Assembly (NCBI GenBank): GCA_022813965.1
Contig: JALDZS010000081.1
Coordinates: 1-64,000 of the forward strand
Direction: 5' to 3'
DNA length: 64,000 bases
Source: Toensbergia leucococca
Taxonomy: Eukaryota
The notes under the pieces were generated by a model. It was not told where the DNA came from. It did no database searches and worked only from the letters and a program-made list of their open reading frames with translations. Below, in pieces: positions 51,679 through 64,000 of this stretch (position 1 is the stretch's first letter; the number at the start of each line of letters is the position of its first letter). A program made the translations under genes and the position numbers.

Positions 51679-53688
51679 ATGTCCAAAGCAATTGCGTCTC
51701 TCCAAAAAACATATATTCCTATTCTGCGAAGAACCATGTCCACTGCTCGCCCAAATCCTGCTGATCATGACACGTCCTATTCAATCGCGGTTCGCAAATA
51801 CAATCGAACCCTAGGACTCGTGCCACCCAGCGTTGATAGCCAAGAGACCCAAGCCAAAAGATGTCTGAAACAATTGAAGCACAAGACCACCGATATGGGT
51901 AGATATCTATACCTTGGTGGTCTTCGCCACAATAGTGTTCACCTTTTTTACCGTTTGCTTGTCGATAACATTAAAGACCTTACTCCTCTCATATATACAC
52001 CAGTCGTAGGGGAAGCCTGCCAGAGATGGAGTGAGATATACCAACAACCCGAAGGACTGTACATTTCTTACTCTGATCGCGGCCACATTGCCTCTGTGCT
52101 CGATAATTGGCCTTACCCTAAGGTTGAGATCACCGTTGTTACCGACGGTTCACGAATCCTCGGCCTCGGAGACCTCGGAATTAACGGCATGGGAATACCA
52201 GTCGGAAAGTTGGCTCTCTACGTTGGATGTGCAGGCATCCGGCCGGAAGCTACCCTGCCATTGATGCTAGATTTGGGAACTGGAAACAAAAGTCTGAGAG
52301 AGGATCCACTATACATGGGTAGCAGGAGAGAAAAGGTCTCGGAAGAGGAGCAAAGTGAATTTCTGGATGAGCTGATGGTGGCTTTGACCGAGAAGTGGCC
52401 AGGGTTAGTTTGCGGTTGTTTCTTTAATGCAAATACACCACTACGTGGCGTCTGTGCTTCGCTTTTGCTCGAGAGGCAGTCAGCTTTGGAAGTTAACAAA
52501 CTACTTGAATATGTGGTAAAGCATGGAACAGCTTGTCCGCGAGCGAATGATGCGACTATGACAAGAAGTTTACCAATTTGATTGTATTAAGCTGACATCT
52601 AATAGTATCGTCATCCAATTCGAAGATTTCAAAAATCCCTTCCCAGCTCTCGAGCGGTATGGAGGAAAATACACCTGTTTCAACGACGATATTCAAGGAA
52701 CCGGCGCTGTGGTATTGGCAGGCATTATAAATGCTATCAAAAGAACGGGTGTGCCTGCAAAAGATCAACGAGCTGTATTCATGGGATCAGGTAGCGCGGG
52801 TGTAGGTGTGGCTAAGCAAATCGTGCAATACTTCATGCGAGAAGGCCTCACCGAAGACCAAGCAAAGCGATGTTTCTGGCTGGTTGATACAAAAGGTCTC
52901 GTCACAAGTGATCGGGGTGACAAATTGGCGGACCACAAGATTTATTTCTCGCGCCGTGACAATGAGGGCACGCAATACAAGAGTCTTGCACAAGTGCTTG
53001 ATCACGTCAAGCCGACCATTCTGATGGGGTTGTCTACCATCAAAGGAGTGTTTAACTCCGAGATCCTGACAAAGATGGGTGAATGGAACAATCACCCAAT
53101 AATCTTTCCACTATCAAACCCTTCGGCGAATTCAGAATGTACCTTCGAGGAAGCCATGGGGCATACAGGTGGAAGGGCTTTGTTCGCAAGTGGGAGTCCG
53201 TTTGCACCGATTGATTATGATGGGAAGACAGCAACGCCTGGTCAAGGTAGGCTGATTCCTCATAGTTGTCGTCGAGTCTTTTCTAATCGGAGCATCATCC
53301 AGGTAACAATATGTACGTCTTCCCAGGCATTGGTCTTGGTGCCATTCTTTCAAAAGCAACTACAATCACCCAATCAATGATCTATGCCTCTGCCACATCC
53401 CTAAGCACAGCTCTTAATTCCTCCGAGACTGCCGAAGGTTGGTTGTACCCGGACATTGCACGAATACGTGATGTCAGTGTGGTGGTCACAATGGGCGTAA
53501 TCCGGGCTGCGCAGGAGGCAGGCGTGGACCGTGAAGTACACCTCAAAGACAAGAACGACGAAGAGCTAGAAAAGTGGGTGAGATTGAAGATGTACGATCC
53601 GCATGCGGAAACGCGAATCATGGAGGATCAAGTCGCAGATCTGACGGTGGACACTGGCAAGAAGAGTATGACGGGCTCACGTCTGTAA
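51679..53688 (+). CDS. NAD(P)-dependent malic enzyme, probably mitochondrial, 3 exons
   Basis: PLIYTPVVGEACQ, VVTDGSRILGLGDLG, GIPVGKLALY, IQFEDF, FNDDIQGTGAV, GSGSAGVG, IFPLSNP, ASGSPF, GQGNNMYVFPGIGLG. Arg/Ser-rich N-terminus MSKAIASLQKTYIPILRRTMSTAR. Confidence 0.93.
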
Positions 53689-54463
53689 GTATTCGTACAG
53701 AACTTTGTACATGCGTTTGGAAGATGCCACCATCTTCGTACAAACCTCTGCTTGTTTCTGAATAGAGAATTGCGCAGGCGAGCTATGTCCGCAACCGGAA
53801 CAGTCTATGCACATACTTTGGCGTTGTTAGCATGCTGTCCTGATACACCCATTGGAATACGGTAAGGGGGTTCGAGGTACTCGAGTTGGTCTACATAGCT
53901 CCATATAGCTCTCTTGATTTCCTTTCAACCAATGATGCCCTCAAAGTGAGTGCCATAGGATGAAAGGTAACAATTTCATAACTCAAATGAATCGAGGATA
54001 CGGTAGGGAATTGACTGGCTGAACATAAGGAGCCCTTGTCTGGTGTGAACAGGAGTTCAGGTGTGCCTGCTGCGAGATTCTGCTACCCAGTTGCAAAGGA
54101 TCGTCTTCCATTCATACTACAGCCCCATCAAAGAACCCTGCTGTGAGTGTCTCTGGCTGGTTCAGGGTGAGTTCGGATTCTGTTCCAAGATTGGTCCACA
54201 AGCATGCATGGGCTGCTCTTTGAGGCTGGAAGAAGAGTAATCGAGGGACAAAGACGCATGGGTCCGTCTGCAGTGGACCGCAGCAGCTTTGAACCATAGA
54301 TGCACAAAACAACTAAATGGTAATTAGGGACTTTCCAACTCCCAGACACCAAGAATATCCTAGTGTTCAGCTTTCCGCCAGCTTGAAACAAACTCCTTGC
54401 CCGTGTCTATTTCTATGTTCATACCCATCGTCCGACGGCTCTATACGCCACCCCTCAATATAT

Positions 54464-55440
54464 TCACAACAAACACCAGACACTTGCCATAAAAATGAAG
54501 ATGCTGGATCCCGCAAAAATCGTGTTTCGCGCCGCAGCACCCTTGGGTGTATTCCCTGTTTCGCTTCCACCGAGATACCAGCTTCCAATGTCGGTGAGCT
54601 TCCCAGTTTGGGTCAGCATAGCAGCGTTGGGACCGACATTTGAATCGCTGCTGCGAAAGGCTCCAAAGTATGAGTAGTGGGTGATGTAGCTAGAATGAAT
54701 TTTAGCTCTAATTGGTTTATTTTAAAAAAAAAGAGAGTCAAAACCTACTCAATACGATCAAAGAATTGTGAGCTTTGATTATAAAATGACTCCGAATCAA
54801 CAAGATCAACGTCATTGTCCGCGTACTCGGTCACCCAGATCGTCATGTTCGGGTAGGTACCTCGGACTTGGCCTACATGACTCGCCAGTCCTTCGAAATT
54901 GCCATACCAGTGCACAGATATAAAGTCCGGATTGCATTTGCCGTTGCAAGCGGTGAAGAATTGCTGCAGCCAGGTGAAACCCGTGGGGGCGCCGGTAACA
55001 GCCGGAGCACCGAGCTTCACGCCGTCTTTTTTCAAAGGTTCAACCTCATTAATCCATATCTCCGCGGCCGTTTCCGAGTCAACACCACTACCACCTGTTG
55101 AAGATGTACCGTCGGGTTCGTTAAATGTCATAACGTAGGTGATGTTTGCACCACCTTTAATCTGGGCTTTCACGTCGTCAAGGAAGGTGGTGTCATTGGT
55201 TGTTGGAGGGGCTCCCCATAGCATGGGAACGAATTGGAGTTTGGTGGAGTTATCGTAGGCGGGTGAAGGGGTGGAGCCATAATTATAATACCATGTCAAG
55301 TCTGAGCTGGTCGAGTCCCACAAGCCGTCGTCCGAAGGATGATCTTTAGGGACATAGACGAGTCCACGTTTGGAGGAGGGAGATTGGCAGTGAGTGGAGG
55401 ATAGAAATGCCAATGAACTCAGGAGGTATATCGATCGCAT
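54464..55440 (-). CDS. Glycoside hydrolase family 128 (Asl1-like beta-1,3-glucanase), secreted, probably GPI-anchored, 2 exons
   Basis: Signal peptide, then KRGL, WYYNY, FVPMLWG, FNEPD, SVHWY and IWVTEYA (two catalytic Glu). Second exon YITHYSYFGAFRS...LTDIGSWYLGG with a hydrophobic tail; TGA 54464-54466. Confidence 0.88.
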
Positions 55441-56143
55441 GATGCTTCAGGAGTATCGTCTGTGTTTACCGATGTTATTCAAGGTTGGTGTTTCTGGACT
55501 GAGACACTGGTAAATGATGCTATACGAGTATACTTGATGCCTGCACTGTCGAAGTCAACGAGAGACACGTGAAACAAGCAGACAGAGAATGAGTGTGAAA
55601 GTAAATAAAAACACGAATAGAAGATGGTTAGGAGAACAAGACGAGCGAGAGAAAGGAAACAAGAATGGGACGAGCAGAGTCTGGGTTCGGAGAGAAAGTC
55701 AAATGCACAAACGGGTCAAGCGCGCAAGCCACACAACGGACGGCTTACAACCACTATTGACTGTTAATGCCCTGTCCTTCCCAATACGGCCATCTTGACC
55801 CATCAAGCGTCTTAATTTAGCACACCTAGGCCTGAAACGCATCAAAAGATCTTCAAGAAACAATTTATTTGGGTCATCAAATGTATAAAATCCGCAGCTA
55901 TGACGTAGTATATGGAGTACCCTAATCTCAAAAGTCTATGAACCATTTAATGCATATCCGTACAATTCTCAAATTTATGTCACAAGAAATATGAGAACAA
56001 CTTAAAAAAATGACGATAAACTGACAACCGCTGTTGTATCGTATGGATCGGTCGCAACGCATCATGTTATCGTAATTGACGAGGCCCAAATCCAACAAGA
56101 TAATAGCAAACATGCAGGACATTCTTCGCTCTTTTAATGTTTT

Positions 56144-58496
56144 CTAGTAAGCAGTACCTCGGTATGCTTCAACATCCGGAACCGTTGGCTGTCTCTGCAC
56201 GGGCGGCGGACTCGAGCCTTCATTAACGTAACTGGCACTCCGCCCCCGGCCATTACCCATGCTAGCGCCTGAGTCAACAAGGTGTTCAGAGCTCTCTTGC
56301 CTAGCCCGAGCTTGTGGTGGAGGTGTTCCGTCACGATATGGCATACCGATATCACGGTCGGTATGGCTGCTGTAGGTACTCATCCGGTAACCGTACTGTA
56401 ATTGCGGGCCCTTAAGACTTGAATCAGAGTAGTCGACACTGTCTATGAGCAAAGAGTTGCGAGCATCTAGAGGTGTAAGGTTGTCAATGTCTCGATGCAA
56501 TTTCTCTAAAACAGAATTAGCTCAATTTTTTAACAAGAAACTGCTAGAATGCGCACCAGCCTCTTTCCTCCGCTTACGGTGAGGGTTCTCTTTGAAGCAG
56601 ATTATCAAGGAATTGACCGCGATCAAAATCGCGAGACCAGCTGTCAACACCGATTGAATAGCAATCAGGATAACACCAGTGACAGTCTTAGTAGTCTGTG
56701 CAATTCCAAGCTCTTCCACAAATACTAAAATACAAATCACCGATAGTACCCTGACAACCTGAATGACAACGTTGATCCAATTGCCGGCTTTCGTGGCATA
56801 TGGTCGGTTCCAAAGCAGGAGTGCCAACATGAGAGATTCGATAATAAGTTGACCCGCAGTCTGTGCGAGGCCGTGCCCGTTACCCGCCGCAAGAACGCAA
56901 CCTTTGGCAAACATATAGATTATAGCGGGCATGAATAGCCACCAATATCCTCTTTTGTAGTTGTCATAGAAAAGACTATATCTTCGCCAAGTCTCCTTGT
57001 CTTCAAAAAGAGCATGTGCATCGCCTTCAAGTTTCTTGTACCTGTGTGCAACTTGCCAGATGCGGAAGGTAAAAAACCCGAGGACTGCTGTGAAGATGGC
57101 TAATGTGACGGCGGCGAGTAATTTTGCCGCCCAAGAGTCGCCATTGGTGAATTGGTAGACGCAATACAAGGTCCAGACACCGTATAAGAGTAGTATCAAA
57201 TTGGTGATAGTCCTGGCGAGCAATCCCCAATATCGCTTCCTGAAATTGGTAAGCTTCTTGGGGAATGACCCGAATAGTGCCCAAGTCTCAAGAATGACTT
57301 TGAGGAGTAGTATCCCAACAGCAATTGCAGCGATGACAATCGCGAATATCAGCAAAACAGTCATGAAAGTATTGGCCTGAGGAATAGTGAGCTGCTCCAC
57401 ATAACCCTGGATCCCGTGGACGATATGAGTGACTTTATCTCCTCCAGCCGTACCCGTACTGTTGCTGTTGCCTTCTCCAGATTGTGTGCCATTGATATTC
57501 GTAGAGACGCCTCTAGACATCAGGAAAGAGACTTCGGACAGGATTTTCATGCTCCGCTTCACTGTGACATTGGAGTTCGATTGCGAGCCACCGCTAAACA
57601 CCAGGGTAGCATTTTGCAGGTACTGCACGCTGTCGTCGGTGAGGTTCCCTCCTGTGGCATTCCTGAAGTTGTCGATTGTTGTTTGCATAGAATCCCAGGA
57701 AATTAGGCCAGTTGAAAATGCGAAGTTCTTTGTGAAACTGTGATACACCGACGGGTAATTGACACTTAACATCCCACTCATGGCCATAGACTGAAACCAC
57801 CCAACCACCTCTCCGAAATTTGGACTTGGAGTATGGCCACCAGCGCTGCCTGCACTTCCAAGTGCTGAAACGCTAGTGAGAAGCAGCGCGGAACCGGCGA
57901 TACCTACAGCAACGTACGAGACTGCTGGCACTTGTACAGTTTTGCCATTGGTAACCGTACTCTGTATGCATGCAACAGGCTCCCCGCCGTCAGCGGCATT
58001 CAGCTCTAGCTTCGCATCGCCATCAAGGTCCGGTATCGAGAAGGCAATCGAGGGGACCATGTTTGCATAGTTGGACGGAATGTTTTGTGACCCTTGCGCT
58101 GCGAAATTGCCGGCAGGAACTGAATGCTGGAATTAGCTGAAAGCTCAACCAAAACTTAACTTTGTGAGTGAACATACCAGGACACAACTGCTGAACTTTA
58201 GTGTCTGCTGCGCAGGGATCGAAATTCTTCTGATAAACCTGTTTCCCATAGGCGCTCACTGTTAATACGGCTGTAACATTCTGCACCTTCTCACTGCTCC
58301 CCGATACATCAAAGATAACTGTGTTGGCAGAGCGATCGTATTGAATGTCAACGTTGTTTACGTTGATGGTGGAATTGTTCATGCAAGTTGTGAAGCCTGA
58401 CGTTTGAAGAATATTGGTTCCGAAGGTCCCAGCCGGCAGAACCCCCAGAACAATAAAGTTGATGATGCTTCTTCGGCAAGACTTCCGCAACCTCAT
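56144..58496 (-). CDS. FLC/Pkd2-family TRP-like membrane protein (ML-like domain + TRP), 3 exons
   Basis: Signal peptide, ML-like domain (FDPC...LCP...IAFSIPDLDG...VACIQSTVTNGKT), WFQSMAMSGMLSVNYP, multiple TM helices, and LFYDNYKRGYWW. Confidence 0.9.
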
Positions 58497-59436
58497 GGTC
58501 GGAAATGTTGTGTGGATGTTGTGGCGAGCAAGAAAGGTGAGTACGGAGTATGTTTATTGCCTTTGTACGAAGTAGGTGGTGAGATCCACAGCTAAGGAAA
58601 CCAATGTATTATACAGAACAAGACAATTAAAGGCGAATATGAAGTAGGCTATTGAGCAGATGCACAGGAAATGGAGCCGACATATGGCATAGATAATATA
58701 TGGGCGAGAACCTAAGCTGAAAGGCACGTGTGTACAAAGAATATGTAAAAGCTTGGGCTCAGCCCAAGTGAGGGTAGTTGAAAGAAAGTGTTGATGAGAC
58801 GAGGGTGGTTAAAAAGAGCGACAAATGGTTTTCATGTCAGCATTTGAAGGAATGTGCGGCTGTGAAGATGAAGATGGAGAAGAAGGTGAAGAAATCACAA
58901 AATAGGTAGGCTCAGGGTACAGAGTAACAGGGGGGAGGTCGCCGCTGGAGTCCGCTGCAGCTTTAAGGGAGAGAAGCTAAGGGACCAGAGTTGCCCCAGG
59001 CGCCGCGCTAGTGCACCACGACGTGAGAACAAACCAATCATTCCTAAAGTGTACAGTAGAATCCGACACTCATCGAAGACCTTGATATGAGAGATGGAAA
59101 CCCCACATACGCTACGGCAGCTACAATTGACCGCACAAGTCCGTACTTTCTGGGTATGACTCTGCTGGCGTTCTTCCATCGCCCTGCCCGCCCCGTCAAA
59201 GCCACATGAAAAAGTGAAACACCAGCAATCCTCGAATGTCGACTGAAACAACCCTACTTAACCAATACGCACTACAGCTTTGACAATCATTATTACAAGA
59301 CATGCACTGAGACATGTCGCACGCTTAGGTGAAATATATAGAACATGGTAAGGATTTTGATCGTGAACATGGTCGGAGAAGCAGTCAGCGTTGAGCTTCA
59401 GATACATATCCGTACTACAAACCCTCTTTTACTCCA

Positions 59437-61842
59437 TCAAAACATTGTCTCCCTGACCTTTCCCCTTCTTGTCTTCGTGTCGTATTCCATCCATTTAACA
59501 ACACCTCGTCTCCCTCGGGATACGAGTGGACCAGGATTCATGACATGGCAGCCTTCGTACGTGACCGCGAATGGGGGTGCTTCCGGATCTACCATCACCA
59601 GAGCCGTGGGGAGAGGGTACAGCTGCAGAGCCCCAGCGTAGTCCCATAGAACAGGACGAGTGGAGAGCGGAAATGGGGACAGATACCCTTGATCGAGTAT
59701 CGTCTTTACAAGTTTGCGAGCCGTGACCATGTCCGAGGACACGTCGGACTTGGCGGCTTCATTGCCTTTTACAGACGGTATGTGAGATTCCGCTGCCTCT
59801 ACTACTTGATCGATCTCCATGCTCTCGCTCGCTTCTTGCTCCTCGTTAGTTGCTGGTGATTCTATTCCACCAGCGTCGTCAGACTCTTCCATGTCTGGTG
59901 CTGCGTCCGGGGCTAGTGGTTGGAAATGTATAGCATTTCTGCGAAGCCTTGCCGAAATGTCATCGCGGAAAAGTACTATTTCTTGAGCAGGTCCAAATAA
60001 GGTCAACCGTGCGGGGTTTGTCATCCAGATCGCCTCTCCATCTGTCTTCTTGCCGGTTGACTTCTCTGCCTCTGCGTTGGCAGCTGCAAATGCTCGCTTT
60101 ATTCGCGAGGTGAAGAGCTCAGGCACCGCTTTCCTAGGGAGAAGTGTCGCAGCACCTGCTGAGAATGCCGATGCCCACGGGTCATTGTCTCCTGGGACGA
60201 AGATAAATGTGGCAGCTTGAAGCATTGCTGGGTACTCTGAAAGAGCAGATGCGAGAGAGTCAAAGTATTCTTTGTATTCGATGCTACCGCCGCTACCACC
60301 TCCTGCCATGACCGCATACTGAACGAAATTGCCCATTAGCACAACGGCCATTGGCATTTGATCCGCAGCCTCTGCGGCGTATATGCCTAGCACCTTCTTC
60401 AATGCTTGCACGGTTTTGACACTGTCAAGGTTCATTTCGCCCATGATCACCATCCTCCCCTTGCCTTCTCCCGTCGTTTGCACAGGATGTCTTCCCAGCA
60501 CAGTCTGCTCAAGTCCTCTCATCATTGGGCCAGATGCCCTTTCACTCCCCACTCCAAGAAAGTCAACCCAACCGAAACCACCACCCGTGCTCGAATTTCC
60601 ATCTCCATTGTTCAAGTTGATTCCGAGCGTAACTTCACGCCGCTCGCATGGTGGACCACCAATCGAGAAGGCAATGAATTTGCCCCCGATCAAACCGCCT
60701 ACACCGCCGTCACCCTCCAACCCCGGCGCAGCGGCGGAACTTTCTTCTTCATAAACACCGTCTACGAGAACGATCATTCCTGGAGTAAACCATGCTCCAT
60801 CTTCCGGAATAGGTTTTGCAAGGTGAGTGTCGAGAGTAATACTACCAGTCAGGTCATTCAGTGCCAAATTTCCTGTTGGAGATATGGTCAACAATCCCAG
60901 AAGCAGATGACCACTTGCACTACGGCCTAGTAGATTTGCAATAGGAGTCAATTTATAGGCATGCTGAGTAGTAACAAATGAAGAGGAGGAGCGTTGCAAC
61001 AAAGTCGTACGTGACGATGCTGTTGTTGATGCTTGAAATGAGTCGTTTCGAAGTAGTCTCTGGTGTATGAGGTTATAGCGGTGGCGGAAGAGATGTGTTT
61101 TGTGCGAAGGATCTGGCAATAAAGACGGAGCTGTCCCTGATATTTCAAAATGCTTCTTGGCAACACTGTAAAGCAGCCTTGGCTGCTCGAAAGCTCCGAT
61201 GACTTTGATCCACTGTCTAGGGTCTTGCGACAGGTTATCATTGACACCATCTTCAACATCTAGAGCGGAGATTCCAAAGCTATCCTGGCTGTCTTCCCGC
61301 CCTAGTTGTCCTCGCCGTCCTTCAAGAGTACCCATTTCCATCTTATCTCTTTTCGATGCCAAAGGGAACGCTCCTTGACGGCTTGGTCCATTATGCTGCA
61401 CTAATCTACCTCCGCTCATGGAGCTTTCTAGATTGCGTAGAATCGTCTTCAGGTCGTTTCCATCGCCTTCGACTATTACGGCACCGCCGCTCTTTTTCCA
61501 AACCTTTGCTATCTCTTCCAGCACTCCTTCCGCAAGACCGTCTCCTCGCCATCCTGAGCCGCAATGTTTTCCTATGAAAGTAGCGAGCGTTTGAAGCGCA
61601 GATGATGTGAGTGTAAGATTGTGTTTTTTGGTGAAGGTTCGAAAGGCCACAGGACGTAGAGTAGCAGGCGGCAGGAGTATGGGAAGTATTGAACGTTTTG
61701 ATGGAGCAGGTGGGTCTTGCTGGCGAATCGGGTGTGCCGGTGTGCCAAATGCAGGGGAGGACGAAGGTATGGAGTTAGCATGTGAGGGTATCGAAGTTGT
61801 GTTAAACAGAGGTGTAGTTCGAGTCAAATTGGGTTGATTCAT
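59437..61842 (-). CDS. DPB2: DNA polymerase epsilon subunit B
   Basis: Intronless 801-aa ORF: LPPATLRPVAFRTFTKKHNLTL, FRHRYNLIHQRLLRNDSF, FIFVPGDNDPW, NPARL, EIVLFRDD, LVKTILDQGYLSPF, LYPLPTALV, YEGCHVMNPG. Confidence 0.95.
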   Translation of the reverse strand: MNQPNLTRTTPLFNTTSIPSHANSIPSSSPAFGTPAHPIRQQDPPAPSKRSILPILLPPATLRPVAFRTFTKKHNLTLTSSALQTLATFIGKHCGSGWRGDGLAEGVLEEIAKVWKKSGGAVIVEGDGNDLKTILRNLESSMSGGRLVQHNGPSRQGAFPLASKRDKMEMGTLEGRRGQLGREDSQDSFGISALDVEDGVNDNLSQDPRQWIKVIGAFEQPRLLYSVAKKHFEISGTAPSLLPDPSHKTHLFRHRYNLIHQRLLRNDSFQASTTASSRTTLLQRSSSSFVTTQHAYKLTPIANLLGRSASGHLLLGLLTISPTGNLALNDLTGSITLDTHLAKPIPEDGAWFTPGMIVLVDGVYEEESSAAAPGLEGDGGVGGLIGGKFIAFSIGGPPCERREVTLGINLNNGDGNSSTGGGFGWVDFLGVGSERASGPMMRGLEQTVLGRHPVQTTGEGKGRMVIMGEMNLDSVKTVQALKKVLGIYAAEAADQMPMAVVLMGNFVQYAVMAGGGSGGSIEYKEYFDSLASALSEYPAMLQAATFIFVPGDNDPWASAFSAGAATLLPRKAVPELFTSRIKRAFAAANAEAEKSTGKKTDGEAIWMTNPARLTLFGPAQEIVLFRDDISARLRRNAIHFQPLAPDAAPDMEESDDAGGIESPATNEEQEASESMEIDQVVEAAESHIPSVKGNEAAKSDVSSDMVTARKLVKTILDQGYLSPFPLSTRPVLWDYAGALQLYPLPTALVMVDPEAPPFAVTYEGCHVMNPGPLVSRGRRGVVKWMEYDTKTRRGKVRETMF

Positions 61843-61952
61843 TCTTTTTAATGTCCACTACCACCTCATGCGATTTAGATTGTGAGCTGTACTACGGATT
61901 AACCTAAGTGTCGATTACCCCTCCAAGAGAGAGTGAGTGTGGAAGGCCAGAG

Positions 61953-61967
61953 ACGCGTCGGTTCGCG
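61953..61967. promoter_or_regulatory. MCB element (ACGCGT) plus adjacent CGCGAA-like site in the DPB2-NASP bidirectional promoter
   Basis: ACGCGT at 61953-61958 and TTCGCG at 61962-61967, inside the 283-bp gap between two S-phase-type genes. Confidence 0.55.
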
Positions 61968-62125
61968 CAGGAGATTTCACGACATCCTATGTTAATGGTC
62001 CGTGCCGAGCCCATGCGTAACCCGCAATTCAACCATCAGATCAAGTCTCCAACTCTTTCACAAATCTGTCTTACCCAAATTCCAGCGGTCGCAACAAAAA
62101 ACTCGATCCTAGTCTGGAGCACGAA

Positions 62126-63626
62126 ATGACAGACCGTTCAGTCCCAGGGTCTAATCCGTCCGGCGCAGATGTTGAAGTTAACTTGAACAATGATACCAAA
62201 GTGCGATTAAGGGACCTTACAGCTCAAGCGACCCTTAAGTACTCGATCAAGGACTACAATGCTGCCGCCGAACTTTACTCGCAAGCAACGGAGCTACAGG
62301 CAGAACAAAACGGAGAAATGTCGTCCCAGAATGCGAACCTACTCTATTCTTACGGTCGGTGTCTATATCACGTTGCTGTCAGTAACAGCGATGTCCTAGG
62401 CTCTAAGGTAGTGGGCGAAAAGAATGAAGGGAAGCCTAAAAGGCCGAAGGCCACAGAGCCGGAGAAGGACGCCAACGCGGACGAGCCAAGTAATGACGAG
62501 GAAGAAGTAGCAGAGGAGGCTGTAGCAAGGATCGTGGAGGACAAAAATGCGAGAGCAGATGCAGGTGAAGGGACGGGTCTTGAAAGCAGGCCCTATTTCC
62601 AATTCACTGGTGACGAGAACTTTGATGATTCCGATGAAGGAGAGGATGGTGAGGGGAATGATGAGGACGCAGAACCAGCTGATGAAGTGGATGACTTTGT
62701 CAACGCATATGAGGTACTAGATCTGGCTCGGATACTCCTACTAAGGAGGCTCGAAGAGTTACAATCAAACCAAGGAGAAGGGAAGACCGCAGGAGAACAA
62801 GAATCCGTGATGCAATTGAAGGAGCGCCTTGCTGACACGCATGATCTACAAGCTGAAATATCGTTGGAAGGCGAAAGATTTCCTAACGCCGTCGTGGATT
62901 TGAAGGCGGCATTGGCGCTGAAGCAGGATATTTTCCCACAAGAATCAAGTCTTATTGCCGAAGCTCACTACAAATTATCTTTGGCCCTGGAGTTCTCGTC
63001 TGTGACACAGCAGAAGAATGAGAATGGAGAGGTCGAGACTGGAGAAGAAGCACATGTTGACTCGGCAATGAGGGAAGACGCAGCGAGGGAAATGGAAAAA
63101 GCTATCGTAAGCTGTAATTTACGGATACAGCGAGAAGAAGCAGCGCTGGTAACGAGCTCCACCAATGGGACCACTGGAAAAGTAAAAGTGACAAAGGAAA
63201 GTATTGACGACGTGAAAGAGATGGTCAAGGATATGGAGCAGCGGGTAGGAAGCATTGATTCCCGTGTCTGCTAATGAAGCTCTAATATCAATATAGCTTG
63301 TCGAACTACGTCACCCACCTGTCTCTATCAACGACCCTCAAGGAACTGGCGCGATTGACGGCGACAATCCTCTCCATGGCATCCTTGGCTCAATTCTCGG
63401 CGAGTCCCCTGCGACACAGAAAATCCGGCTAGAGGAAGTATCGAAAGGTGCTAACGATCTAACGAACCTAGTCAAGAGGAAGAAGCCTGTAGAAGATGGA
63501 AAATCCGAGATCATTAGGATTGAAGAGCCCAAAAGCAATGGCAAGAGGAAAGTCGAATTCGCCGAGGAAGTGGTTGAGGTGGGCACGGGGAAGAAGGCCA
63601 AAATATCTGCCGAAGATGATATTTAA
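62126..63626 (+). CDS. NASP/Sim3/Hif1-family histone chaperone (SHNi-TPR), 2 exons
   Basis: AAELYSQATELQA...LLYSYGRCLY, an acidic insertion, AYEVLDLARIL, LADTHDLQAEISLEGERF, IAEAHYKLSLALEF. Second exon ends ANDLTNLVKRKK...KKAKISAEDDI*. Confidence 0.9.
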
Positions 63627-64000
63627 GTAATTCCGCTGAACGTAAACCGAGCTCTGCATTGCACATGAAGTTGGTCAAGACGAGCCCAGGATATGGATGA
63701 GGCTTCTTGGAGACGCGACCAATGTGTTTGTTTAATGATCCAAGTAAGATACCACGGCGTTTCTGACAGGACAGCATACTCGTTGTAAGCAGCACCTGAA
63801 GACCTCAAAAAATGACAGAGTTGGATCAATCACCCGGCTTGTATACACGGACTTTAGTGCACTCGGTACTTAGATTTTATTATCCTACAAGAATTTGGGA
63901 TGGGCATGAAAGACACCGGCGGACGATGCTCCTGTCTGCTACTCTAGATAGAACATACTCTACAAGTACGAATATGATAAGAGTACAGGTACTCGTACCT

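Noticed and set aside
52404..52605. Unusually long malic-enzyme intron as a possible snoRNA host
   Set aside because: ATGATG and CTGA are only ~45 nt apart, with no terminal stem or recognisable guide sequence.

Overview
Eukaryotic, intron-containing DNA from a filamentous ascomycete (Pezizomycotina), judged from the short GT-AG introns with CTRAY branch points and the typical fungal orthologues. Gene order: 3' end of a Prp2/DHX16-type splicing helicase, RPL19, a GPI-anchored cell-surface protein with seven ~60-aa repeats, GCN1 head-to-head with a DHX29/DHX57-like DEAH helicase, and an F-box-like orphan. Next come a TA-flanked ~417-bp fold-back element (MITE-like), a JmjN/JmjC (KDM4/Rph1-like) gene missing two of its three Fe(II) ligands, and a complete DNMT5-type C5-DNA methyltransferase/SNF2/RING gene directly upstream of it on the same strand. 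A gene-poor, decaying block follows, with an SDR and a transcription-factor pseudogene carrying three putative C>T nonsense codons. The window ends with beta-carbonic anhydrase, RNA15/CstF-64 head-to-head with PHB2, a DUF4449/BPI-like protein, malic enzyme, a GH128 glucanase, an FLC/TRP-like membrane protein, and DPB2 head-to-head with a NASP/Sim3 histone chaperone. The best candidate for something new is the DNMT5 + pseudo-demethylase JmjC pair, which has apparent C>T decay on both flanks. A TACGGAGTA nonamer occurs at least ten times, every copy found lying in non-coding DNA. All exon models and family assignments were made by eye, without database searches.
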